A stretch of 64,000 nt of DNA from Vermamoeba vermiformis. Lineage: Eukaryota. The position numbers were made by a program, and so were the translations under genes. This document shows positions 50,624-62,319 of the stretch, piece after piece. The notes below the pieces were generated by a model. The model searched no databases and was not told the DNA's origin. It saw only the letters and a list, made by a program, of their open reading frames with translations. The stretch is taken from NCBI GenBank assembly GCA_045837725.1, contig JBEWZL010000121.1:310001-374000 (forward strand), read 5' to 3'. The number at the start of each line of letters is the position of its first letter. Position 1 is the first letter of the stretch.

Positions 50624-53600
50624 TTATTTTTTGTCAAATGTGGCACGCACAGAATTTAATACGGCTTGGCTTGCTTGTGCCAAGTTTCCATTCGAAGGAC
50701 TAGGAGGAACAGGTGTAGTTAAGTAATCCCATACCACTATATTACAATCGAGTTCTCGACCTCCAGACCAGACTTCATTTTCACGTGTTTGGACCAAGGC
50801 TCGAACTCCGTCTTTGTGTCGTTCTTTCATTTCTGTAATGAAGCAGAGTTTCTAGTAAAGGTGTTAATATTACAGGGCCTAATGGGTAGTTACTTCAACG
50901 TACCTTTGCGTCCCACACAACGATTTCTTTGGTCCAAATACCGCTCCAAACATGACCGTGGCCCTTGATTTCAATCATACTCAAACATTTGCCAGGACAT
51001 TCCAAGCGACGCTTCTCTTTCAGCGTCTGCAATAATAGATGCCGTTAAAACGTTTCTTACGCAGCGTTATATCACAACTCACCTGTGGGTCCCAGACAGC
51101 AATTGTGCAGTCATTCGAACAGGTCCATATAAGTTGGTCTTGCTCTGCTACCAAGATGCTGTTGATGATTCTATACGGCGAGTTAGTTAGCAACGCCAAG
51201 GTGGCTATGATTCATTCATACCCGTTATGCGCGCGCCACTTGGCAGTTACTTCTAACGTCTCAATGTGGAACACGTAGATCCATCCGTCCACTGAGCAGA
51301 GCCACACGAAGTTATTGTATTGGGCCATGGCACTAATGCCTTGATCGACGTGAATGCGCCCTTTGATTTTGAACTGTTCTGTGTCCCATACAAGCACAAG
51401 GCCTTCGAGACAGGTGGCGGTCCAAACATCGTGATTTGACTTCTCTTTGATGGAGCTGAACAGCGGTGTGTCGGGTTTTTGTGCTAATAAACTGAATGGA
51501 TTGTCTCCGTAGATTGTTCGTTTCGTTGTCCGATTGCTATTGTTAGGTGTATTGTTTTTCTTCTTCGAGTTACGAGGCTGCACCATCATGTCATCAAAGA
51601 GTGCTTCGAGCGATGACAACGACGTTCTGTTTTTGACCAACAACATTGACTTGATCACAGCTTTCTCTGCGTCGAGTGTTGCCACTAAAGAGTGAGTCTA
51701 ATAGGTCGATTAGGTGGGCTCAATTATCGTTCAATATGACGTACTCGCTTGTTGAACACTTCTATGAAATCAGTTCCCGATGAGCACCACACTGTATCAC
51801 CGACATTAAGCAAGACATATATTCGATCGGCTCGTGTTTTGAAGTCCTTCAGTTTGGTGTAATTCTGTGCGCACTATAAGTCACGTATTTTACTTATTTA
51901 GACGAGTGTCGTACCTTTCTATCCCACACGCAAATATCACCGTTGCCGAGACCAGCCCACACTTGGTCATCAACCACAATGAGCTCTTGTACTGAATCAA
52001 CGCACTGTGGCTTGAGTTGGCGGTTGAAATCAGCGACCTTCAACATGGCACCTTTGTCCTTGTCTACACACGAGCGTTAGTACTTGGCGTTATTACATTA
52101 TGGTACTACTTACAGAATGAAGTCTCAACGCTGCTGTTAGCGGTGAAAATTGCTTCATTCATTGCAGCTACAAAGGCCTTAGTGTCCTCGGGGGACTTGA
52201 ATTTGAACTGATGCTTTTTCTTTTCAGCGCCACTGCCCGTGGTGTAGATTACCATATTATCTAGCTCTTGCACAGTGATGCCTGCATTTAACAGCGGCAA
52301 TGTCATCTTGAACAAGTACTTGTCTTCGCGATCTTTGAATGTGAGCACGAACAGATCTGAGAACAAAAAGTAGTAGTATTCTACCACTGAATTGCGTTCT
52401 GGAACCATTAAAAACAATTCTCCGCGGTGTAAGATCAATCGACGAGGCCATACCAAGTCCTGCAAAAAAAATACAATTAGCATCGCGTAGTGAGATCCAT
52501 GCAGGGTTGGAAAATAGGGATCAATTTGGAGATATACGCAATTATGATAAGGAAGCTTGTCAATGCCGGTTAAGACATACAAGAACCCAGTACTCATGCG
52601 CTAATATTATTACTAGTCAAGGATTTCTAGAAGCATAAACAATGTTCAAGTATTCAGCCTCGGATCCAACGAGGCATTATTATGGTACTATTATATCGTG
52701 TATATAAGCGTTACCTTCATTGGCGGATCGATTTGCTGGTTGATCATCAACAGTTCGCTGTAGTTGTCGAACTCTCGTTTGCGATAATTAATCAGCTCTG
52801 CAATGTCTTTGATCTTGGTCAAACTGTACGCCACGTGCACGAAGTCGGGATGACGTGTCGGAGTGTTCTCAACCAAGTTCTATAGTGTTATGTTAGTATT
52901 GTGCTATTGATTGATACAAGCACGTACCTGTAGTAACAGCACATAGCGAGGAATGCGTTGAATGGGCTGAATGACTAACGATTCTAACAGCAGATCTGAC
53001 ACTTTTTGTTTCTAACAGAGGTATCGGATGTCAGTTACTAGTACATAAGTGCTATAGTTCACTTAAATGAGTACCTTTAAGAAGTTGACGAATGTGTCGG
53101 ATCTGAGACATTTGTTGATTGTCTTCAGCGACGTGTCGAAATTATTAACATATTGAATATACACTTTAAGGAAGTCAGTCTGTAGTATATAAAGATTAAT
53201 CAGCTATTAATTTGATTGTAACGCATTTAGTACCATTGTAACGAATGTTTTGCCAATGCATGTTTCGTAGGACCAAGTGGAAAGCTCCTTTTGCAGATCT
53301 TTTAACAAAGAGTAATTGTAGAGCGATATTACTAAAAATAACACGTATTAATAGGAGTTGCTTATTGATCTGAAAAGATCTGCTCTCGCTTGCGTAGGTG
53401 TTAATGAAAATGTACCTTGAACGTGAGAAAACATATTTTTAATATCTTCCGAGGAAATTATGCGCTTATTCTCGAGTTCTTCCGAGAGCTAGAGGAAGAT
53501 CCAAGTTAGTCGGTACAATCTTTACGTGTAGTAATAAATTAAATCAAAATAAAGTTACAATGTAGCACTTGATAATAGCATAGAATGCGTAACGATAACT

Positions 53601-54122
53601 GTACCGATTGAGCCGATTTAATTCCGATCTAATTGAAAATCTTTACCTTCACCATCGTATTTAAGCTTGAAACATATGTCTCCTCGGTTTGTACAATTTC
53701 TTTTGCGATTCTTGTTCGTTTGAGCAGCTGTTTGAACTCAATACGAGCCAAATATCTTCGAGCAACTGCTTGAATCCGTTTAATTGCTTTTTTTCTTGTT
53801 ATATACACTTTCACGGCATCTCTTATTGTTTGAGCAGCTATCTATAATTATAATACAATATTTTAAAAATTGATATTCAATTATTAAATCAATTACATTG
53901 ACATTTGGATTTGTGAACAACGTCAATTGATACCAATTAAATTATCAGCCTGATCATGAATAAATTGTTATATTAGCTCACCTTCTTTTTTACTTCTTGC
54001 GCTCGCTTTCTCTTATTCATTTGATATTCATTAAACTCTGTTTGCGCTAGATAGCGTCGAAGGTGAGACTGAACTATAATTAATGACCTAGTTCGCTCAC
54101 GAAATTGCAGCACATTGCCCAT
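50624..54122 (-). CDS. RhoGEF with IQ motifs, DH-PH and WD40-like beta-propeller
   Basis: MG start; IQ-like VQSHLRRYLAQ and IQAVARRYLAR; DH EIVQTEETYV, PIQRIPRYVLLL; PH YFLFSDLFV; repeated VWxG/VWD propeller strands. Confidence 0.9.
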
Positions 54123-54411
54123 GCGCTAATAAAGTTTGAACAATTTGCCCTCAGCGACGTTTCAACCAATTTTATTCACAAAAACTTAGTTGCAAACTTA
54201 TTCAACAACCTTACGCACTCTACCAATCCTCCTATAAACGATAGAATAATATTTTGTGGTAATACTGTACCTTACTGACGTTTTTCCAATTTTCAATTCC
54301 AACGTAGGTAATCTTATCACCAAGTCCCAAATCAAGCAATAAAATTCCAGTTCATTTCAAACTCGACGTGAAGCATGCGCACACACTTGTAAATATTAAT
54401 TTTGTATAAAT

Positions 54412-57400
54412 ATGGATATATTCAGCAATCCAACGGCCTACGCAGCGCCAGTCGTCGACGACAACGATGATGATCCTCTGGCAGATCTGGGTCGGGATAG
54501 CTACGCGCAAGCAGCAGCAGGTGAAGAACAAACTGCTACATATGAAAACGGATTTTTTTATGAGGCTCCTGAGGTGATTGAACAAACTCAGAAGATTCAA
54601 AAGGAATCTGGAGCTTATGGCCTGTATTATGACGTTGATAATCCTGTCCAAGGAAATTATTATGAACCTGCAGCTGGAAATTCATTTACATACGGCGGAC
54701 ACGATGACGACGATAGCTTATCAGAGGAGGTTAAGGATTTCAGAACCAAAATTCAAAAGCCGTTAAGCAGTGCTATTCAAGATTTTGCCAAAAGTTATTA
54801 TTGGAACGAGCGTAAGTAATGACAATATTAACAATATGGTGGAAAGACCATCCGTTAACAAAAATAGAAATTCTATTATTTGAAATTGATTTTTACGAAA
54901 TTAATGTAATATTATATTATAAGGGTTCCAAGCTTTATTGGAGCGACCTACTTTTACACCAAAAGAGATCGCGTTAAGACAAGCAGACATTGATCACTTT
55001 ATCCAAGAGTTCGTATTGGTACGTTACCTTAATTATCCCTGTCATGGCAATATATTATTAACGTTCTATTGCTTTAGGTCGCAAAACCTGTTTGCGAGCA
55101 GATAGTAAAGGAGATCAGTTTGCCCGTCGAGAAGAAACAGGTATTGTGTCTCAACTACGATTGATGCACGGTTATTTATCGCGATTAAATGCTAGGTCAA
55201 ACCTATTGCTGCTGGAGGAATTGCAGGAGGCGAGAAATATTTGCATAAAGATTTGTTTTTGAAGTTCGCTCGTGATCACATCCAAATCCAACTTTATGGA
55301 GGTGATGAATGGGCTCAAAAGGCCGCTTTCCATGAGGTACACCAATCAGTCATTAATATACATAATTAACACTGGATTGCTCTTAGCTCAAATCCTTATC
55401 TGCATTGATCTCGTGCGGTGTTCCGAATCTGCACTTTCCGATGATGTGCCTCGTTAAATGTTATGGACACTGCCTTGTAGTCGTCAGTAAGCTACCATTA
55501 AGCGGTAACACGCTGATTTATGGTAGTGCTAATGCTGCTGTTGACATTAAAAGTAAGTACTTCGTTCATGAACGCGTGATTGTTAACGTGAATTTATCAG
55601 CTGACAGCTACGATATGGAGACCATGTTGAAGCAAGTGACACAGACACTCAACTTGAAGCCACATCAAGTGCTCGAGACACGCACCAAGTTGTTGAAGAC
55701 ATTGTACGGCCCAGTGGATATTGAAGGGCATCAAGGACTCGATGGACGGTATTATGTCGTGGACACTGCTCGATTGTTCCCTCCTGCCACACCTATTGCC
55801 AAGTAAGATTTCGGGGCCGTACGGCTTCTCATGATTCTAACCCATTGTCTCCAGAGTGAAGGGCTGTCACTTGTACAAGTTGTTGAGACCTGAGCTGGTC
55901 AAAGCCAATCCAGTCCCGCTCAGTTCTGACGCATTCAGCACCTTTGGCAGACCCAATCAGAAAGAGCACAACGAGTAAGTGGTTTGAAGCTGTTTTATTC
56001 AAGGTGACATTGACTCATCCCATTCCTGCAGTGAGGTTCGTGAAGCTACTCGTCGCGTGTTGGCAGACATTATCCCGAACAAATTAGCACGAAGCAAAGG
56101 CTTTTTAGTGCGCAGTATCAAAGACGAGTTGCACTCGTACGGTGTGAATGTGCGCTATTTGGGCTCAGTGTACGCGCACTCTAAGGACCGCACACACTCT
56201 AATTATGATCGCGATGTGCACCTCGTTCTACTGATTGAATTGGTTGCACGTGCTTTCAAGGGCGTGCTTTTCAGTGAATGGCGTAAGATAGAATCAGACA
56301 TCCCTACTCGCAGCAAAGCTGTGGCTGTAAAATATTTCAACTTGTTGCTTGGTCAAGGGTAAGCAGCACCTGCTAATGTGATTGGTTTAGACTAACAAAT
56401 CTATACTACAGACCAAATGTAAATAATTTCTGGACGTCTAGTTTGAAAGAAGCTGTCGTGAAGCGATTCATTTTCTGGTAAGTAGTAATACTACGCAGAC
56501 ACCACGGAGCTAATCTTGCTGTCAGTCCCGAGACGGAGAGTACGGACTATGAAAAGCACGTTCAATATGCGTTGTCAGCACTCGAACCAAACATGCACGG
56601 CACTATTTGTCAGAGCCAAGGTTGCAGAGTTAAGCTATTTGAACGAGTCATTGCCCTTACTGGAGTGGAGTTTTCAAAGGCAGTTACTACCGATATTGGA
56701 CGTATTTATGACACTTTCTTCAACTCTCCTCAACCGTTCAAACAAGGCGATGTCACTAACATTCAACTGCTTGCCAAGTACATTGAAGTTAAGCCGTTCA
56801 TTGACGTGCTGCGAGCTAACTTCGAGGAAGCTGAAAAGTTCTATCTCGACGAGCTGAAGAGTCGCCGTGAAATTTTGGGTGATGATCACATGCAACTGGC
56901 CCTCACGCACATCAACTTGGGTGATTTGTACAGCGACAAAAACAAGAAAGAACAAGCTGAAGAACAATACAATATGGCACTACGAATCATGAAGGCTGTT
57001 GATGCAGAACAGGTTGACGTGGCTGACTTAAGAGAAAAGCGCGCTGACTTCTATCTCAAGTTTGATATGCTCGACAAGGCCGAGGCAGAACTCAACACAG
57101 TGATCAATCTCAAGATCAAGTACTTGAAAGAAAAGGGTTTCTCACAAGATAGTTTGGGTGTGGCTGCTTTGAAAGACAAATTGGCACGTGTATTCACTAA
57201 GCAACAGCGCTTCCAAGAGGCGAAGACAGTGCTCGAGGAAGTGATTCGCATCAAACAAGCCAAGTTTGATCATTTCCACTGGCAAGTTGCCAAGTCTCTT
57301 AACAACTTGGCACAAGTCATGTTTGCTCAAAAAGAATACAACAAAGCAGAGCCCATCTGTCAGAACGTGCTTGACATTTTGATTCGTCAACGTGGCCCCG

Positions 57401-60400
57401 AGCACTCTGAGGTTGGCATTGCCTTGGACAACTTGGCCAAGATCTACGCCGCCACTGGTCGCCGAGAACGAGCACAAAAGCTGTTAGAGCAGGCTAAAGA
57501 CATCAAGATCAAAGCCTTTGGTGACACGCACACTTACGTCGGCATCACTCTTGACCATTTGGCTTCAAACTTGCTCGCCACCGTCACCAACAACTATCCC
57601 AACAAGGAAAGTGTGTTGGAGGAGTGCAAGAACTATTACGAGAAGGCTTTGTCAATTTTCAAAGCTACTTATGGAGACTTGCACGCTGCCTTGGGCATCA
57701 CGAATAACAATTTGGGCTTGCTGCACTTGAAGTTGCACGTAAGTCACACATCAATCAATGTTTGGTTTGTTGTATAATTAACGTTGGAACAGAAATACGA
57801 TGAGGCGTTGGGTTACTTCGAAAAGGCACATCAAATTTTTATGGACACTGTTGGCCCGACTAGCCCTCAGACAGTTGCTGCACTAAACAACATTCAGCTG
57901 ATCAAACAGAGCAGTCCCGATGTGCTCGACACGCTCACTTTTGAGCAAGCATATCACTCGGGTGAGATGTATGCTGATGCCTCCGAGAAGCCCGTTGACG
58001 AGGTAAGTTGCACAAACTACACTTATGACCTCTCGGTATTAATCCTACTAACAGAGTACGCAACTCGATGACGCTACTGCAGCTCTTATTCGTGAGCTTG
58101 GATTTGATCCCAGTCAATTCACAAAGACGCAAGCTGCTCAAATCCTCGAAATGTTGAACTCCATTCAAACGACGGAAACACCCACCCCTGAGCCAGAACA
58201 AGCACCAGGTTACAGCGCTATTGGCGAGTCTGATAATGAATATGAGGGCAGCAGTGGCTCCAGCGAGAGTGACGATGACTCTTCCGCCTCTGAGGGAGGT
58301 TATGTGGTCGATAATGTTATATAATATGCCCATTGAACCCGCGGCCACTCCACAAGTAGAGCCCGCTACTGTTTCGCCAACATTAAGCGATGTCAAACCG
58401 TACTCCTATGATGGATCAGCAGCTCAAAGTACCTCAGTCGCTGATAGTAGTGAGATTGGCGCAGGATCTATTGACCAATTAGCAATGCTCGAGAAGCAGC
58501 AGGAGATGATGAAACAAGATCGCCGAATGCCGCTGACCAAAAAGAAGTCCTCCAAGTTCTTTGACTCGTTCAAAGCCGGTGTTCGCTCTGCATTTTCATT
58601 CTGGAAATCCAAGGACAAGAAGAGTGAGAAGCAAGGCAAGTTAACTAGTCATGTTTCACGTAACACAAATCTAATTATTATTCTTAGAACAAAAATCTTC
58701 TGCACCAGGCAGACCCGCTGACGAAGAAAAGGAAGCGCTTAGTGTAGTGAATGAAGAGATGGCTGTAGTAGGTGGCAAAGCAGCAGACTTCCAAGGCTAC
58801 AATTATGCTGACGAGACAGTCAACACGAACGTAAGAGAGAAGCAAGTTGAGGGCTATTCGGCCTACTCAACAGCGTACGGCGAGAATGACGAGGACAATA
58901 ACGAGGACAATAATGAGAACAATAATGAGAACAATAACGCTAATGTAGTGACACTGCCGCAAGAAAGCACCTTGCGATCATCCACTAGCAATGCATATTC
59001 AGAGTATTCTGAAGCGTTTGATGATATGGATTACGGCAAGTCCACCCAGTCGGCCAATGCAGGTGGCGATGGCTATTCGGCGTATGAAACAGTCTACAAC
59101 GAGAGTGATGACGTCATGCCTATTCAAGTGACACCTGTCATTGCACCAATCACCAAGCCAATTGATTTCAATCCTTATGACACGCCAGCACTCGACAAAG
59201 ATGAAGATGAAGCAGAAAGTAGCAATAACGGATTGTTTGCGATGACGAGAGATGAATCCCCTCGCTTACCCTCACCGAGTGACAGTGCAACGAGTACCAC
59301 AACTACAACTGTTCACGTCACACAAATTGAACAAGTGCCACCACCGCCTCCTCCAGGTGAAAGTGTGCCCCCACCACCCCCAAAGAGCACTGATACCCCA
59401 GCACCTCCTGGACCACCACCAGGTTATAGCGCGCCATTGATCCCTGGAATTGCACCACCTCCACGTCCACCCAGTGGTACTGCAGCACCCAAGCGAGCGC
59501 CATCCAGAGATCAATTCTCGGCCTCTAATGTCGCGGCTCTTTCTCGCCCAGCGTCCTCAGATATGAAGAAAGACACTCAGCCAACATCCGCCGTCATTTC
59601 TTCGTACGACGCTCCCCCTGATACTAAGCCAGGCAGTTCCTCGCCTAGACAACTCATTGCTGCTCAAACAACTCCGACAAGTTCAAGGGGACGACACGTG
59701 GGTGCGACTCGGTCCAAGTCCACTCAGCCGACTCAGTCCTCCTTGAGTACCAGTCAGCCTGCCTTGAATGTTGCCAAGCCAATGTCCGCGCCACAGTCGT
59801 TGACACAATCCTCCAGTGTTACTTCAAGACGCAGCGCCGCAATAACTGCACCTGGTGCTCCAGGCGGTGGTAGTACAGGTGGCCCTTCGAACACCAATGC
59901 ACCCTCACCTAGAAATGTACTTGGACGTCAAGCCAAAACTCAGCCGGCAGTATTGAGCGATGACGAACGAAGAAAACAGACCGAACAGATGGAAGTGCTT
60001 GCCCCGCCCAAAGCAACCAAAAGAATTTCTCGGGAGAAGGTCTCCGAAGCTAAATCAGAAGCTCCCAACAAATCTGATTCTTTGCCATCACCGCAAGCTC
60101 CCACCAAAGCTAAAATGAAAGCCAAACCCCCTCCATCAAGCGACATAAAAGAGGAAGAGGAGGAGAGGAAAGTCAGCAAAAAAGACGTGGCCACGGAGGA
60201 AAAAGGCAAAGTTAAAGCAGCGAAAATGGCTAAGAAAAAAGATAAAAAGGATAAAGAAAAAGATAAAGAGGACAAGGCGCTGAAGAACTTAAAGAAGACT
60301 AGCGCACCCGAGACTAAGGACAAAGACCTTGAGTACTCTGACGATGAGAAGAAGATGAAGAAGAAGAAACGAATCTCGAGCAACAGAAAAAGCTCGCTCA

Positions 60401-60780
60401 CGTACAATCCACCGACAGAACAAGCAGGCAATCTCTCCAAGATCTCGTCGTTCTACACCACTGAGTCAGCACCTGCACCGACCAAGTCTCGTACGACTTC
60501 ACTGAAGAAGGAGTTGCCAATGAAATCGATGCCAAAGCCTAAAGTACAACAACTGCCACCACAACAACAGCCGCTACCGCAGCAACAACAACAGCAACAG
60601 ACACCTGCTGCTTTGTTGAACAACTTGAGTGAGCAACAGAAAGAGGATCTGCGCAAGAGATTGCAACAGTTGGCTGGCAGCTCGCGACAAGTGCCTGTGC
60701 AACAACAAGCACCGCAACAGCAACAAGCTCCTCAACAACAAGCACCAGCATTGATGCAGTTTAACTGGACCAATATTTAA
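54412..60780 (+). CDS. CLU (clustered mitochondria) domain + TPR protein with long Pro/Ser/Lys/Gln-rich tail (apparent +1 frameshift or weak intron at about 58318)
   Basis: GGIAGGEKY, KAAFHELKS, GPVDIEGHQGLDGRYYVVDTARLFPP, LRPELV, LSSDAFS, LHSYGVNVRYLG; kinesin-light-chain-like TPRs (VAKSLNNLA). Confidence 0.88.
58891..58938 (+). repeat. 12-nt coding tandem repeat x4 (E-D/N-N-N)
   Basis: GAG(G/A)ACAATAA(C/T) repeated four times. Confidence 0.85.
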
Positions 60781-61256
60781 AGGCCAGATCTTGTATTGAT
60801 AATGTACAGACGTAATTTATTAAATATGTTATTTATTCTCATAAATATCAATATTATAACAAAGAGTCTCACTTTCCGCTCGAGCGGTTCGAACAGGATT
60901 TCCAAGGCGTCCGTGTCTCCAACTTTATTCTTAAATTTTAAACAATAATCAAACACCACTTCGATCAAATTGACAATTCAGCGCTTCCAACGGCAAAGAA
61001 AGCGCGCTAGCACGATTGGAAGTTAAAAGGGTGAGTGCCACCTGATCCTTTCAAATAATTAAAATATTGTCGCCGAAATTCTGGTCAATTCAATCCAATA
61101 TTTTTTAAATCTCCTTTGCATTATAGCGAAATATTTCTGCTTACTTTGAACCGTAAAATTATTGGCTAATTTTTGTGCGACCAATTATCTTTGTTGGTTA
61201 TTAATTCGTTCCATGCAAGTCTATTAGATATAAAGACCTTCAATTCAATCAAAGCC

Positions 61257-62273
61257 ATGTCAAGTAACAACGTGAAATCGGACACATCATTAACCGACGC
61301 AGTGCGACAAGAGAAGGAACTTCAAGCTCTACTACGCGCTGTCGATGTCGAGTCGTGGTACGATGCATTGGTTGACCACACATTCGCGTCAGTATTCGTT
61401 GAACTATCACCAAGCGAAGCTCGAGCACTGATTGCGTCGTATCGCGCGAAGAAATCGAGCGGTCAGCTGTCAGCAGGGAATGTTGACACGTTGAACAAAT
61501 TGCAGCACAAGATTGATGACGCAATGCAGCGATTGGGCGGTGCTGTATTCGCCAAGCTGTCCTCGCGGTCACCGAAAGACTCGACTTTTGCACAACAACG
61601 GGCCTTCAAGTCGGTGTGCGACAGACTGATGCAACGAAGACACGAAGGGCTGCCTGTCACTGCTAACGATGTGGCCGCAACGATCATGAGGGCCACCATC
61701 GAGACACTGCGATGCACGAGTGCGGCAGATGTCGTTGAATGTTTCTGCACCTCTGATCGGGTCTGCGAAGATGACTTGCCGCTCGCTCTCGAATTCCCTG
61801 CGCAGTGGAACCAACACATCGTCGTGCGCGAATTCGTGCACATTCCGACACACCACGAGTTCCGCGCCTTTGTGATGAACGGACAATTGACTGCCCTCAC
61901 GCAATACTTTGACGGTGCATTTTATCCCGAGTTAGTTGCTAACCGCGACGCCATTGGTGATGTGGTGCACAAGTTTTTTGATCGGGTGCGCGACAAAATC
62001 AACATTCAGCCTGCGGAGTACTCAATGGACCTCGCTGTAGATGTCGCAAAGAATGAAGTGAAAATTGTGGAATTCAATCCGTTTGGCAGGCCGAATGGTC
62101 TGGGTACAGGCACAGTGCTGTTCAACAACAAAGACGACACAGACCTGCAAGTCTTGTTCGGAGAGCGGCCCTTTGAGTGTCGCGTCGTTACCAAACCGAC
62201 TTACCCTGACTTTGCTGCGTTGAATTTGCGCGGTGAGCTGAAGGATTGGTTGCTAGCAAATAAATTCTTTTAA
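61257..62273 (+). CDS. Cdc123/D123-related (R2K clade) ATP-grasp protein, intronless
   Basis: WY..L...TF, VFAKLSSRSPKD, VVREF, EFRAFVMNGQLTALTQY, SMDL, IVEFNPFG, GTVLF. Confidence 0.85.
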   Translation: MSSNNVKSDTSLTDAVRQEKELQALLRAVDVESWYDALVDHTFASVFVELSPSEARALIASYRAKKSSGQLSAGNVDTLNKLQHKIDDAMQRLGGAVFAKLSSRSPKDSTFAQQRAFKSVCDRLMQRRHEGLPVTANDVAATIMRATIETLRCTSAADVVECFCTSDRVCEDDLPLALEFPAQWNQHIVVREFVHIPTHHEFRAFVMNGQLTALTQYFDGAFYPELVANRDAIGDVVHKFFDRVRDKINIQPAEYSMDLAVDVAKNEVKIVEFNPFGRPNGLGTGTVLFNNKDDTDLQVLFGERPFECRVVTKPTYPDFAALNLRGELKDWLLANKFF

Positions 62274-62319
62274 TCAGTGTTTGTCCATCTTAATTCCGCA
62301 AGTAAAAAGTTTATTATTT

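Noticed and set aside
52460..52712. Long RhoGEF intron with a hairpin, ANANNA and ACA, as a possible H/ACA snoRNA
   Set aside because: Second hairpin is weak and pocket-to-ACA spacing does not fit
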